Of a DNA stretch of 64,000 nucleotides, positions 15,312 through 25,909 are shown one piece after another. The notes below the pieces were generated by a model that searched no databases, had not been told where the DNA came from, and was given only the letters and a program-made list of their open reading frames with translations. The stretch lies in IMG/VR virus record IMGVR_UViG_3300027896_000013. The stretch is one strand, 5' to 3'. This DNA is from a virus. The position numbers were made by a program, and so were the translations under genes. How positions within the stretch are numbered: position 1 is the first letter of the stretch; each line of letters opens with the position of its first letter.

Positions 15312-15480
15312 CGAGTGATGCTTTTACTTGCACCTTCTCCAACCACACTCTAATATTATCTTCAGATAGCTCGAACTTGGTAGCAAGTGCTTCAATATGA
15401 TCATCATCCTCTGCTACATTAGAGAGAAGCTCTGTCAATATATCTTCACCTTCAACTTGAGTAATTGTATCTCCATCCAT
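15301..15480 (-). CDS. Small acidic protein (59 aa, below track cutoff)
   Basis: MDGDTITQVEGEDIL...; TAAATA upstream. Confidence 0.5.
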   Translation of the reverse strand: MDGDTITQVEGEDILTELLSNVAEDDDHIEALATKFELSEDNIRVWLEKVQVKASLVNL

Positions 15481-15496
15481 GATATTTTATTTAAGA

Positions 15497-15535
15497 CAAA
15501 AGGGTGCGATTTTTTACGACCGCACCCTTTTGTTT
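15497..15535. terminator. Hairpin terminator
   Basis: CAAAAGGGTGCG/CGCACCCTTTTG. Confidence 0.7.
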
Positions 15536-15546
15536 TGTATTACTGA

Positions 15547-15870
15547 TTATTCAGCTTTTCCCCACTTACCGTTCATCTTGATGGCAGCCTGAAGCTCAGC
15601 CTCAGCGATGTCGGTCGTACACGTACTGTTGAGCTCTTGACGAACTTCAACCAACGTCTTACCCTGACGGAGCAAGCGAAGCGCTTCACGGCTGATGTAT
15701 TTCTTCAAATACTCGTCCGTAGAGACACCAGCCTGGCTGGCCTTGGACTCGAGATACGCCTTGTTCGTCAACCGGCCCTTACCGGTAACGATACACTGCA
15801 GCTTCGGCGTAATAACGCGAGCGGGTTTGGTCGGTTTCGTTTCGTCTGTCGTTGTGTTAGTTGTTGTCAT
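15547..15870 (-). CDS. Hypothetical protein
   Basis: ORF between promoter-like motif and terminator. Confidence 0.7.
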   Translation of the reverse strand: MTTTNTTTDETKPTKPARVITPKLQCIVTGKGRLTNKAYLESKASQAGVSTDEYLKKYISREALRLLRQGKTLVEVRQELNSTCTTDIAEAELQAAIKMNGKWGKAE

Positions 15871-15957
15871 AAATGTAATAATATTGTATAGACAAAAAGA
15901 TATAGTTCAACTGTTTTTCTGTCTTTTTTTATCTAAAGATCTAAATAATTGTATAAC

Positions 15958-16203
15958 ATGGCAAATAAAGTAAAATACCAATCCAATCAATTAAGTGATG
16001 TTTACACTCATATTCTTCATGAAGATGTATCAGCTGCACAGGTATCTGTTATTTTAAAGACGCCAATTGAGAAGCTGGGTAATTACCTACGGAAGTTGAA
16101 GGCTTCAAACCCGTATAAGTACGGTGAAATGATAGCATTAGCCTTTTTAGATGACAGGTGTATAAAGAAGATACATACCGTGTTACACGGTGCTAACACC
16201 TAG
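15958..16203 (+). CDS. Hypothetical protein
   Basis: ATG after TAAATA. Confidence 0.55.
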   Translation: MANKVKYQSNQLSDVYTHILHEDVSAAQVSVILKTPIEKLGNYLRKLKASNPYKYGEMIALAFLDDRCIKKIHTVLHGANT

Positions 16204-16530
16204 TTATTCAGTTAGAGCAAGATTCTGCACCCACATCATCAACGACAGTGTATCAGTGAACTGATCAACATACTTCTTCAATTGAGACGTGTATCGCTCA
16301 GAGAATCCGCTAGCATCAAACTCTTTATTGATAAAAGCCTTCATTCTCTTTAGGTTAGGTCCAACATTATCGTCAAAATCAAAGGTGTCTGCTAGCTTTT
16401 CACCAATTCGACTAAATTTTTCACGAGTTGTAGTAGATGGCTTAGCTGCATCCATGTCTTCTACATAAAGAACCATATCCTTAAAAGATATCTTCTCAAG
16501 ACGTTTTGTATTCATGTTTTTTTGATTCAT
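16204..16530 (-). CDS. Hypothetical protein
   Basis: Abuts AAA gene. Confidence 0.6.
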   Translation of the reverse strand: MNQKNMNTKRLEKISFKDMVLYVEDMDAAKPSTTTREKFSRIGEKLADTFDFDDNVGPNLKRMKAFINKEFDASGFSERYTSQLKKYVDQFTDTLSLMMWVQNLALTE

Positions 16531-16531
16531 A

Positions 16532-18133
16532 TTAAGGTGTTTTATTAATACCTATTCTGGTTGCTGCCGCGATTGCTTCATCTACATGCGTATCATTCAA
16601 AGCGGTATATGACGCTATAATAGCTGCTCCCAGTGATTCATCTTTTGCTTTGAGATCGCAAAGCAATGTTGTTAGCTTTTCTAGACTTAGCTCAGCGGAT
16701 TTCTTAAGAACCTTTTCAAACATATCTTCATATGTAGACGGCGGTGAAGAATTCTGTATTATACCTTTACCGTTACCGTCACCAATAACTTCATCACCAA
16801 GAACGATAAGTTGATTGAGAATATATTTCTCCCAAGCGAGTTCATCTGCCATGTTTAGCTGAGAGAAGTCGATATTGAATAATGATACGCGATTAAACGC
16901 CGGTTTTGACGTTTTTTGCAAATACTCTTTCAATCCTGTTGCCCAATCGTACCCACAGAAGAGACCTGCCTCGCGAATAACCTCATTTACCCACTCGCTT
17001 GATAGTTTCTTCTTCTCTTCAGTTGTTGTAGCAGAAGCTAGATCGTTATTGAATCTACTAGTTATCATTCTAAACGTCTGGCTATATTGTACAATACTAC
17101 GAGGGCTAGGCCAACCATGCTGATTTGCTCCTTTACCAAACTTACCACCTGAATATTTTCTAGGCATCACGAGAAACGTTTTCTTTGGATCCGTCTTAAC
17201 GTAATCTACGATAAATTGATCGACATAAGTCTTACCCGTCTTCTCATTTATTGTGGTTGCATATCTGAACCACAACTCAGGATCTGCTACAAGAGTACCA
17301 ATCTTACAACGGTTTGTTGCAGCGGGTGTCATATCAGTTGTAAGCTCCTCGAACATATCACCTAAGTTACCTGCACCACATACAAATACGTTTGGACTCA
17401 TCGGATGTTCACCGATTACTCTGTCCCAAAGAATCTGATACATGATCTTACAAACATCAGGGTTTGCTTGATTGATTTCATCTAGCAGTAGAATACCTGC
17501 AGCATCAGGATTAGTCACCATGTGCACCCAAATAGGTGTAGTGTTTACTTCGTATTCTTTTTTATTACCAACCATTGGTAGACCAGTAATATTCTCTACA
17601 AGCATGGAAGCTGATCTAACGTCAAAAATCCAAAAGTAATCTTTCAGATTTTCCATTACGGTTTCTTTCTCTGCCCATGTTGGTAAATTGTTAAAGATGA
17701 TAACATCTTTAGATTTCTCATCTCCTTCTATAGCTTGAACCTTTCCTTTTATCGTTGCGCTAATAGTGTTACGATCATTGAAATGTTTGCGTTTAACCTT
17801 CTTACCGAACTGTTTTAATATTTCACTCTTACCAATACCAGGTAACCCCCAGATGAGCATTGTATTCTTTTCAGGTTTATCTTCGCTTGTTTCAAAAGCG
17901 TTCCAAAGTGCTTGTTCAACCGTCTTGTAGGATAGCTTAATAGAACCAGTTTTGACTTCTTCTACTTTATCACCCTTTGATCTGTCTAGAGTAGCTTGCT
18001 CGAAATCTGTCGGGTCTTCACCTGTATACGCGTCAAAAGGTGAAATAGGCGGCGGAGCCTCTTCAGCACTACCATATTTGCTTGCTTCTCCAAGAAGAAA
18101 TTTTTCTACTAGTTTTTGGTCGAGTTTTTTCAT
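16532..18133 (-). CDS. Second MoxR-like AAA+ ATPase
   Basis: WGLPGIGKS, LLLDEINQA, PAATNR, PSPRS; start moved to MKKLDQ after TAAATA. Confidence 0.85.
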   Translation of the reverse strand: MKKLDQKLVEKFLLGEASKYGSAEEAPPPISPFDAYTGEDPTDFEQATLDRSKGDKVEEVKTGSIKLSYKTVEQALWNAFETSEDKPEKNTMLIWGLPGIGKSEILKQFGKKVKRKHFNDRNTISATIKGKVQAIEGDEKSKDVIIFNNLPTWAEKETVMENLKDYFWIFDVRSASMLVENITGLPMVGNKKEYEVNTTPIWVHMVTNPDAAGILLLDEINQANPDVCKIMYQILWDRVIGEHPMSPNVFVCGAGNLGDMFEELTTDMTPAATNRCKIGTLVADPELWFRYATTINEKTGKTYVDQFIVDYVKTDPKKTFLVMPRKYSGGKFGKGANQHGWPSPRSIVQYSQTFRMITSRFNNDLASATTTEEKKKLSSEWVNEVIREAGLFCGYDWATGLKEYLQKTSKPAFNRVSLFNIDFSQLNMADELAWEKYILNQLIVLGDEVIGDGNGKGIIQNSSPPSTYEDMFEKVLKKSAELSLEKLTTLLCDLKAKDESLGAAIIASYTALNDTHVDEAIAAATRIGINKTP

Positions 18134-18158
18134 TTCGATATTATTATTTATGTTTAAA

Positions 18159-19790
18159 TCACGAGCCTCCGCCGGTGCCGTCATCATAAGTTGTAACAGA
18201 CGCACCAAAATTTGTGAACTCTGCACCTCTGCGCCTATTAAACAGTGACATAGGTCCAAAGATCGCTATCGGAGCATCTGGTAAGACGTCTACATTAGAC
18301 TCTACTTCCAAGTCGGTAATATAAATGACACCTGCTAGCTTAGGTATGATTTCAGGTTGCTCAGCTTGTATATACTGTGCTACAGAACTCATATTGGTAC
18401 CACCACCACCAGGTAAACCAGCAGCATTCAACTCGTCTATTTTTTGATCTACTGTATTTGGAGTTATGTACATAACTCTATCTGCAAATACTGTGTAATC
18501 CCATGGAATTAAAAGAACGTTCATGTTCATTTTCTCTACGATGTCAAACACCTCAGCGAAGAACACTTTCTGAAACTTCTCGTCAAATACAGAACCTGAT
18601 GTGTCAATCGCTACGACAACAGTTCTCTGTGGTGGGCCACCAGATTTAGGAGCTCTGCCGGGTAAATACTGACCTCTTACAGAGCCTGATCTTGAAGGGC
18701 GTCTTATTGAACGTGAGCGAGATACCGTTGGTACACCTTTCTTGAGGAAATCGCGTAGGATCTCTCTCCAGTCAGCGTTATTACGAGACTTTAATATAGT
18801 CTTCATGATAGCACTGGATGAACCAGTACCTCTACCAGATTCCTCTGAATCTTTATACTTCTCTATAATATTATCAATAACGTTATCAGATAACGGTTCA
18901 TGTCTTAAGTGCTTAGCATCTTCAGGGTCAAGCAATTCGATATTTTCATCATCGGTTATCTCTGAATCTTTACCTATTTGATTAATAGCTGGTGACTCCC
19001 CTTCTTCTCCTTTTCCTTCTTCTCCTTCACCCTCGTCTTCACCCTCTCCTTTTCCTTCTCCTTTTCCTTCTTCTCCTTCACCCTCGTCTTCATCCTCGTC
19101 TTCACCCTCTCCTTTTCCTTCACCACCTTTACCTTCTCCTTCTCCTTTTCCTTCACCACCTTTACCTTCTCCTTCTCCTTTTCCTTTGCCGCCTTCTCCT
19201 TCTCCTTTTCCTTTTTTACCACCGGGGGGCATAGGTTGACCCTCTTCTCCATCATCGTCACCTTCTCCATCATCGTCACCTTCTCCATCTCCATCATCGT
19301 CACCTTCTCCATCTTCTCCATCTCCCTCGTCATCACCTGATGATGATGCTAGAACAACTTGACTACTTTTTACACCGGACACAACTGCCTCACTAACAAC
19401 AAGATCCTCTTCAGGCATAATATCAAGATCTTGCTCACCGGGTATGGTACCTTCTGCTTTAACGATAACACCATACTTACCAGTACCTTTAAATTTTACA
19501 CGGTCACCAGGTTTAAACAGTTTAGGTTTCTTATCCTTATCTTTACCACCTTTATCCTTATCACCCTTATCTTTGTCACCTGGCTGGTTCTGTGGGGTTG
19601 GAGGTCTGAAAACTATTTCATCCGGTGGTGTATTACCAGGTGAGCCTCCACCTCCACCACTACACGGGTTATAAATTACTGGCTTAAGAAACGCATTATT
19701 AAACTCGGTGCTGTGCGTGTTGTACCTATTTCGTATTGGTTGCTGTACCGGTACTACTGGTACTACTGGTTTTGGTAATGGTTTAGCCAT
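18159..19790 (-). CDS. vWA protein with G/E/K/D low-complexity linker
   Basis: IDTSGS, GGGGT, YITD. Confidence 0.85.
   Translation of the reverse strand: MAKPLPKPVVPVVPVQQPIRNRYNTHSTEFNNAFLKPVIYNPCSGGGGGSPGNTPPDEIVFRPPTPQNQPGDKDKGDKDKGGKDKDKKPKLFKPGDRVKFKGTGKYGVIVKAEGTIPGEQDLDIMPEEDLVVSEAVVSGVKSSQVVLASSSGDDEGDGEDGEGDDDGDGEGDDDGEGDDDGEEGQPMPPGGKKGKGEGEGGKGKGEGEGKGGEGKGEGEGKGGEGKGEGEDEDEDEGEGEEGKGEGKGEGEDEGEGEEGKGEEGESPAINQIGKDSEITDDENIELLDPEDAKHLRHEPLSDNVIDNIIEKYKDSEESGRGTGSSSAIMKTILKSRNNADWREILRDFLKKGVPTVSRSRSIRRPSRSGSVRGQYLPGRAPKSGGPPQRTVVVAIDTSGSVFDEKFQKVFFAEVFDIVEKMNMNVLLIPWDYTVFADRVMYITPNTVDQKIDELNAAGLPGGGGTNMSSVAQYIQAEQPEIIPKLAGVIYITDLEVESNVDVLPDAPIAIFGPMSLFNRRRGAEFTNFGASVTTYDDGTGGGS
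19005..19335. repeat. Coding tandem repeats (GEGKG, EGDDDG)
   Basis: Degenerate purine-rich repeats in vWA gene. Confidence 0.8.
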
Positions 19791-19791
19791 A

Positions 19792-20793
19792 TTACATTAA
19801 TCCTTGCTTTCTTTCTGCTTTCAATTTTGATAATTTTTTAGCCTCTTCTTCGGTAATCTCTCGAACTGTGTATGTTACGTTATTCTCATTACTGTAGTCT
19901 TTATAGACGTCTTCAACAACCCCAAAAGTATTTCTACTTGTGTCGAATACAACATCACCATACTCAAAAACTTTTATATCCTTTAATGCTTTTACGTTTA
20001 ATTTCTCCTTCAATTCCTCAAACACCGATTCCCAGTTGCGGCCTTTAAGGTCAAATCTAAGATTAACTAGTTGCGGTTGAGCAATTGATATATCCGGTAC
20101 ATCAACATCAACATACAATACCTGCAGGTTAAACCGACCACCGGCGGCTTGTATACCACCTTCAGGTAAATGAAAATTTGAATCCGTTAAATCACTGTTA
20201 ATATACGCATCTGTTGCATAATTGGCAAGTCTAAAAGGTGTTCGCCCTTTCAAGCGGTCCCAGTGACGCAGGAAGACGTGTAATGCTTCATGTGCTAATA
20301 CACCTATCAACTGTTCATCAGTTAGCAGAGATGCATAACCGAGGTTTACTAGAAGGTTAGTATTTGGAGAAATACCAAACGTTGGGCAACCTTTACCTGT
20401 TTTGGGATTGTAGCCTACATAAACAGTAGGAATTTCCTGTAGGATATCTCCTAGCTCTGCACATCTTTTTCTAACAGCTATCTTAGCTTTCGTAATGCGA
20501 TCTTTATCCGCTGGTGTTGGTTTTCTCTTCTCCATCATTGCGGTAGTGTACTTTATCTCGTTCTTGACGTATTTCTCAACAGTTGGTCGAACAACTGGCG
20601 GTATAAATCCAAAATCACCTGACAAAGCTAATACACCGCTCTCTTCCGCTTGCTTCTTAAAATAGCTATAGTACACCGTGTAGAACGCTGCTTCAACCGA
20701 TCCCTTCCAGTCAAAAGGTAAATCGAATATTCGAGGGGCGGCCTCGCTGAATTGTGGATTCTCTACAAAGAGAGCTAATTGGTCGAATTTCAC
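19792..20793 (-). CDS. Stand-alone HExxH metallopeptidase-like protein (DUF2201 N-terminal-like)
   Basis: VLAHEALH, NYATDAYIN. Confidence 0.8.
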   Translation of the reverse strand: MKFDQLALFVENPQFSEAAPRIFDLPFDWKGSVEAAFYTVYYSYFKKQAEESGVLALSGDFGFIPPVVRPTVEKYVKNEIKYTTAMMEKRKPTPADKDRITKAKIAVRKRCAELGDILQEIPTVYVGYNPKTGKGCPTFGISPNTNLLVNLGYASLLTDEQLIGVLAHEALHVFLRHWDRLKGRTPFRLANYATDAYINSDLTDSNFHLPEGGIQAAGGRFNLQVLYVDVDVPDISIAQPQLVNLRFDLKGRNWESVFEELKEKLNVKALKDIKVFEYGDVVFDTSRNTFGVVEDVYKDYSNENNVTYTVREITEEEAKKLSKLKAERKQGLM

Positions 20794-20837
20794 GAAATTA
20801 TTTATTGATTATTCATGCAAAAACCATAACTATTTAC

Positions 20838-21167
20838 ATGGGTTGCATATTAGAAATCATATTGAGATCGTGTTTGGTATCTACTTGTCTATTCATATGG
20901 TTTAAAACCGAGGCATTCTATGAATATTTTCAGTGGCTACCTCTCAACGTAATCAAAGAATACAAAAACAAATGGTCCTTCAAGTCAAACTTTTTAGATT
21001 TTGTCGCTAGTAAGTATAGTAATTTCTTCATTCGGCTGATAATCTGTCCGAAATGTCTAGGCTTCTGGATTAGCATTGCTAGTTGTTATAGCACCCTATC
21101 TCTAATGCCAGCTGTTTACATTTTAAGCCTGTTTATATACAGCAAATTAAGCCATGTTGATCTTTAA
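20838..21167 (+). CDS. Membrane protein with CPKCLGFW motif
   Basis: Hydrophobic segments, CxxC.GFW. Confidence 0.6.
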   Translation: MGCILEIILRSCLVSTCLFIWFKTEAFYEYFQWLPLNVIKEYKNKWSFKSNFLDFVASKYSNFFIRLIICPKCLGFWISIASCYSTLSLMPAVYILSLFIYSKLSHVDL

Positions 21168-21417
21168 TAACTACGAAGAGTTTTATAATGCGCTTGGATC
21201 TTTCGACTGTAAAGATTGCCACACTGTGCAATTCTTTATAAATGCTGTCAATAACAGCAAGGGCTGTGGATGTTCAAGCAGAAAGCTTGCAGCACGAGAT
21301 AGATACCAGAATATACCACAAGATATTATACCTGAAGAACGTGAAAAATTGTTAAAATTTTTAAACGTTGAAAAAATCGAATTACACAGTGATAATAATT
21401 GGACAGCAATTTTATGA
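21154..21417 (+). CDS. Small Cys-containing protein
   Basis: CKDC, GCGC. Confidence 0.55.
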   Translation: MLIFNNYEEFYNALGSFDCKDCHTVQFFINAVNNSKGCGCSSRKLAARDRYQNIPQDIIPEEREKLLKFLNVEKIELHSDNNWTAIL

Positions 21418-21581
21418 TGAAAACATATGGAAAAGGAAAAGGACCTGAAAAAGGTCGTGATCTTAAAAAGTTCAGAGATAATTATGACGAGTCTATGCCA
21501 AGTGCTTATAAGCCTAAATGGTTACGAGAGCTAGATGAAGAGCGAAATAATCAAGCACAGCCTCCTCCTAAGTCTGATTAA
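21414..21581 (+). CDS. Hypothetical protein
   Basis: Overlap-coupled small ORF. Confidence 0.5.
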   Translation: MMKTYGKGKGPEKGRDLKKFRDNYDESMPSAYKPKWLRELDEERNNQAQPPPKSD

Positions 21582-21593
21582 GTATTTGTTTAT

Positions 21594-22970
21594 ATGGCGA
21601 CTTCACCGTTTGACAGCGCAGAGCAAGAGATACAGGAGCTAGCTAAAGAAGCCTTTTCAACAAGGGTTATGAAAGCTTTTGTAGCTAATAACCCATCATT
21701 TACTCAAAAACCACCTACTGTAGGTGGTGGTAATACTCTTGCTCGGTATAGCCATCTCCATGGTAAACTCGTACAGGGTTCGGTATGGAACAAACACCTC
21801 CTGACAGCTACTGGCATCTTAGTTGGGTTTGCAAAGGTAGAACCTAGAAATACAACATCACCATACGCACCTGTAATATACACTGTACCACCGAAACTGA
21901 CTGACCCCGGGACACATGCACCATTACCCCATGTACCCGAAACAACACCAGCTCAAATAAGAAAGCGTTTTGTACTATTAGGCGCTGACACTGTTAGACC
22001 TTTAACGAGCTTACACACAATATTTGACACGATATGCAAATATTTAGAGGGTAAAGGGTATAAGAAAATGCCTCAAAGTCACGGTGGCTCTAATTTTATT
22101 TGGGAAATATTTGCAATGGGTGAATATGAAAACGATACGGCACTTTATCTACACGTACGTTCTGATACAGCGAAGAAGAACGTAACTTTTGGTTACGCAG
22201 TTATGTATCCCGGGTGCCCAGATTGGGTAAAATATACTAGACACGCAGTAGGTATTTCTGGTGATCAACAAGAGCGTGCATTACCTTCTGTTACTGATTC
22301 AGGTATGCAAGATATCATACCAGGTATAGATTTCGGTGAATTTACTTCAACAGGTGGATTTAAACCTACAGATATTGATGACTTTAAAAAAGCGTTCTTG
22401 TTCTATACTGATATCACACTCAAAAGCACTAAGGGTCGAATGCTTGCAAGCAGCCTACTCTCATCTGGTAGAGCAAATACACTATACAACATAGAGCAGG
22501 GTAAAAGAATAGAATTTGATGATCTCCGTTTCAAGCTGATGTATCTCATGACTGCATGGGGTACAATAACCTCGAATATACAGGGTGTTAATTTCATTTT
22601 TTATGATAATGAGCTGCTACAGACTTTTGTCGATACTGTAGGTATACCCGACATATCAGGTATGAATACTGAAGAGTATGATACCTGGGTACAAGCAGAT
22701 TGGTACAAGTACGCTATAGTTAAGCTGCTCTTACCACCATTCTTCATGGAGTATAAAGACAAAATAGTCCTACCAGCTGAGGCTTACCTACACCATAAAA
22801 GCATACAAGCAAAAATCGGTAAAGTTGGTGCACCTAAAGGTTTTGATGAAGCTAAGATTCAATGCCAACTAAGAGCGTTTATGGGAGCTATTAATACTGT
22901 TATACGGTTAAAGGATAGATTTACACCTGAACGCGCTTCATTTGCTTTACGAACTGCAATAGAACGTTAA
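21594..22970 (+). CDS. Hypothetical protein
   Basis: Long ORF after TAAGTA. Confidence 0.75.
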   Translation: MATSPFDSAEQEIQELAKEAFSTRVMKAFVANNPSFTQKPPTVGGGNTLARYSHLHGKLVQGSVWNKHLLTATGILVGFAKVEPRNTTSPYAPVIYTVPPKLTDPGTHAPLPHVPETTPAQIRKRFVLLGADTVRPLTSLHTIFDTICKYLEGKGYKKMPQSHGGSNFIWEIFAMGEYENDTALYLHVRSDTAKKNVTFGYAVMYPGCPDWVKYTRHAVGISGDQQERALPSVTDSGMQDIIPGIDFGEFTSTGGFKPTDIDDFKKAFLFYTDITLKSTKGRMLASSLLSSGRANTLYNIEQGKRIEFDDLRFKLMYLMTAWGTITSNIQGVNFIFYDNELLQTFVDTVGIPDISGMNTEEYDTWVQADWYKYAIVKLLLPPFFMEYKDKIVLPAEAYLHHKSIQAKIGKVGAPKGFDEAKIQCQLRAFMGAINTVIRLKDRFTPERASFALRTAIER

Positions 22971-23008
22971 TAGTTGCATTAATATATTTCCGATATTATA
23001 ATGCGTTA

Positions 23009-23239
23009 ATGAAAAAAGCAAAAGCTGTAACTGAACCACCTATTTACGCTAAAACAGTTCAGCCTGAATCCTTTGAAGCATGGGTGAGAGAATTTACTGG
23101 TGGTCCAAACGGTTGTCAAATACCTCACGGTGGAACCTGCGTCAGGCCTGATATACTTCTACACAACGACAAGTGCTGTGATACATGCGAATGTGTTCAA
23201 CACTGTTTATGTAAATCAAAAAAGCTTAGAAAGAAATGA
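23009..23239 (+). CDS. Cys-rich small protein
   Basis: Eight Cys; TTGCAT-N17-TATAAT upstream. Confidence 0.6.
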   Translation: MKKAKAVTEPPIYAKTVQPESFEAWVREFTGGPNGCQIPHGGTCVRPDILLHNDKCCDTCECVQHCLCKSKKLRKK

Positions 23240-23557
23240 TTTCTTCTGAGGTACTGTTGTAATTACATTCGATGACTGGAGAGAGTATACAATAGTCCTA
23301 ACCTTCGCTAGATATGCAGTAGTTTCAGCAATATTCTTTGATAGAGCCTTATAGTTGTTTGCATCTAACGCAAAATATGCATTAGATTCAACGTTAATAA
23401 TCTTCCATTCTACCGTTTCCATCTTAACACGTGGTGGTAGCGAAGGTATGTACGGTCTAATAGATTGCGAGGTGACGATATTCTCCGTTGCGCATCCAGA
23501 TAAAAGTGCAACGGCTATTAGCAATGTGTATAAAATTGATGTTTTCATGGTTTCCAT
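23216..23557 (-). CDS. o-spanin-like lipoprotein
   Basis: LLSGC lipobox, Pro-rich segment, follows i-spanin. Confidence 0.65.
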   Translation of the reverse strand: METMKTSILYTLLIAVALLSGCATENIVTSQSIRPYIPSLPPRVKMETVEWKIINVESNAYFALDANNYKALSKNIAETTAYLAKVRTIVYSLQSSNVITTVPQKKSFLSKLF

Positions 23558-23922
23558 TGGGGATCAGTTAAATTTTCGAGTGCATCCAGTGCTTTTTGAG
23601 ACCCGCTATTAACTCTAATCTCAATTAGACCTGCCTTCTTCTCAGCGAGTAGAGCAAGATTGTGTTTATTGAATACTTCGACTTTAGCTTGAGCATTACT
23701 ATTGATTATATCGCTTTGTTGTTGAATAAAATCAATACGCTTAACTGTCTCGTTGTAATTGTTAGATACCTGCGTGATTGTTTCCTTCTGTAATTTGTTT
23801 TCTATCTGAAGAGTAGCTACCTGCTCATGTAATCTAGTGTTAACCTTATACTGCCAATATGCAGTACCACCAGCTACTAGAATAATAGCTGCCATAAAGC
23901 TTATGATATACGTCATAAGCAT
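23545..23922 (-). CDS. i-spanin-like protein
   Basis: N-terminal TM + coiled coil. Confidence 0.65.
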   Translation of the reverse strand: MLMTYIISFMAAIILVAGGTAYWQYKVNTRLHEQVATLQIENKLQKETITQVSNNYNETVKRIDFIQQQSDIINSNAQAKVEVFNKHNLALLAEKKAGLIEIRVNSGSQKALDALENLTDPQWKP

Positions 23923-23972
23923 ATTTACTTTGTCATTAGCATTGTGCAAGTCGTCGAATAAATACTGTTGCA

Positions 23973-24704
23973 ATGGTACGATTTAAAACATATTATACAG
24001 GCGATATGCAAACAGAGGGTGTTTTGTCAAAAGCTCTAGGCACTGCAGGTTTAGCTGGTGCATTAGCGCTTGGTGGTATGCACTATAATCATAACCAACA
24101 TAAACAATCTACACCTGTTAAGCAAACTGCTGCTGTTAAGCATACTGTAGCAGCTCCTGTGAAGCATACACCTGTCAGCACAATTGCAGCAAAGCCAGTT
24201 GATAATACATCAACTAATTCTATTGCAGATACAATTAAAAAATACGAGAATAGTAAAGCTGATCCAGAGGGTGGCTGGGATAAGTCAAGAGGCCGATGGT
24301 ATGCACATGAAAGCAAAGAAAAAGGTAGTGATACAATAGCTTACGGTCATAAAATACTACCAGGTGAAAATTTCAGTAAAGGTCTCAGTGATACAGACGC
24401 TCTGTTGCTCTTGAAGAGAGATATAGTTAAGAAAGAAGCATTTGCAGGTACAAAAATTACGAACTACACCGCTTTACCGATCTATGTTAAGACTGGCATA
24501 ATTAATGCACTATATCGTGGTGATCTAGGCCCTAAGACTATTGCACTCATGAATGCAGGTCAATGGAGCAAAGTACCAGCAGAGTATTTGAACCATACTA
24601 ATTATACAAGTGGTAAATGGCAGGGTGTAAAGAAGAGGATGGAAGCAAACGCTGAGGCTTTCAAACGGTATGCTAAAGAGCTAAAGTCTATTTCGCATCG
24701 ATAA
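23973..24704 (+). CDS. T4-lysozyme-like muramidase with Gly/Ala-rich hydrophobic segment
   Basis: IKKYE...WY...DTIAYGHK; C-terminal KRMEANA. Confidence 0.7.
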   Translation: MVRFKTYYTGDMQTEGVLSKALGTAGLAGALALGGMHYNHNQHKQSTPVKQTAAVKHTVAAPVKHTPVSTIAAKPVDNTSTNSIADTIKKYENSKADPEGGWDKSRGRWYAHESKEKGSDTIAYGHKILPGENFSKGLSDTDALLLLKRDIVKKEAFAGTKITNYTALPIYVKTGIINALYRGDLGPKTIALMNAGQWSKVPAEYLNHTNYTSGKWQGVKKRMEANAEAFKRYAKELKSISHR

Positions 24705-25041
24705 AAACTTCACCGTAAACTTCTAGCTGACCCATTACCTGCTGGAACTCTTTCTGAGACATTTTCTTCCAACCTGCGAGCTTACGAATACATTCATCAG
24801 CCTTCTTTTCGACAAACTTCGTATCTTCAACGTGTTTTAGAGATTGCTTATACGGTATCTCTTTAGCTTTAAAATGGATAGCGGTGAGCTGAGCATAACC
24901 ACCTTTTGCTGCAGCAGCTTTTTGAATCTTTTCAGCACCAGTCGCGCGTGCTTTTATAAACTTTTTGTCTTCTTCTACACACTTGCAATCTTTAAGGTGC
25001 TTTTCGAAGACTAGACTAAATACATTGAATTCATCGCTCAT
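24688..25041 (-). CDS. Hypothetical protein
   Basis: ATG after TAAATA. Confidence 0.6.
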   Translation of the reverse strand: MSDEFNVFSLVFEKHLKDCKCVEEDKKFIKARATGAEKIQKAAAAKGGYAQLTAIHFKAKEIPYKQSLKHVEDTKFVEKKADECIRKLAGWKKMSQKEFQQVMGQLEVYGEVFIDAK

Positions 25042-25049
25042 ACTTGTAT

Positions 25050-25499
25050 TTAGATAACTCCAAAGAGTTTCGACAGGGTATACACATCATCGTGGTATGT
25101 TTGCTCAACGTTAACAGTAGTACCGTATTCACCATACGGGTCAGATGAGTCTACTGGTACAATTGTCGAAGATTGAGATATAACAGCGGGTCCTTTGTCT
25201 ATGATTAATCGAAGTAGTTGATAAGTTTCGATAGTATTCTTAGATCTCTCAACAAAATCCTTTATAATGTCTACTGTCAAGGTACCTTTAAGACTACCAA
25301 ATGGATTGGCATACAAGCCAAAAACATGGTGTGGGAGATATTTCATTGTCATCATCGCACAATCTCGTATAACAGGTACCGCTGCAGGTGCCTGCACAGT
25401 AATACCGGTTGTTGGTGCGTTGAACGCTTTTGTCGCTGGAGTCATCAGCTTGCTTATAGGAGCTGTGCTATTCGATAAAATTATTTCTTCTAGTGTCAT
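25050..25499 (-). CDS. Hypothetical protein
   Basis: ATGA-coupled ORF. Confidence 0.6.
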   Translation of the reverse strand: MTLEEIILSNSTAPISKLMTPATKAFNAPTTGITVQAPAAVPVIRDCAMMTMKYLPHHVFGLYANPFGSLKGTLTVDIIKDFVERSKNTIETYQLLRLIIDKGPAVISQSSTIVPVDSSDPYGEYGTTVNVEQTYHDDVYTLSKLFGVI

Positions 25500-25909
25500 A
25501 GTTGTATTAATTTAATCTGAAACTTATCAGCCATCTTGAATGTTAATTCTTTATCGTAATTTTCTAAAAAATCATGATAGTAAACTACTCTGATACCTTT
25601 TTGAGCAATGGTGCTCATACACTTATTACATGGTAAGTGTGTAACCGCTAATATTTCTACTTCACCACGCTTTACATTACTCAATACATTCTCCTCGGCG
25701 TGCAGAACAAATGGTCTACGCTCATCCCTATTCGACCAGTCAATATCAACACCGGTTGGTGGTCCATTATACCCAACTACTATACCCTTATCAAACTTGA
25801 TAGCAGCAGCACCGACCTGTATCCAGGGATCTTCGCTACGACAATCAGCTATATCAAGAGCTAGCTTCATCGCGGTCTCCGGCCAATTTTTTCGTTCTCT
25901 ACCGTGCAT
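25496..25909 (-). CDS. dCMP deaminase family protein
   Basis: GYNG, HAEEN, PCNKC. Confidence 0.9.
   Translation of the reverse strand: MHGRERKNWPETAMKLALDIADCRSEDPWIQVGAAAIKFDKGIVVGYNGPPTGVDIDWSNRDERRPFVLHAEENVLSNVKRGEVEILAVTHLPCNKCMSTIAQKGIRVVYYHDFLENYDKELTFKMADKFQIKLIQL

Noticed and set aside
18974-19336. Alternative-frame ORFs and possible CRISPR-like periodicity
   Set aside because: Shadows of a low-complexity coding repeat; no repeat-spacer structure
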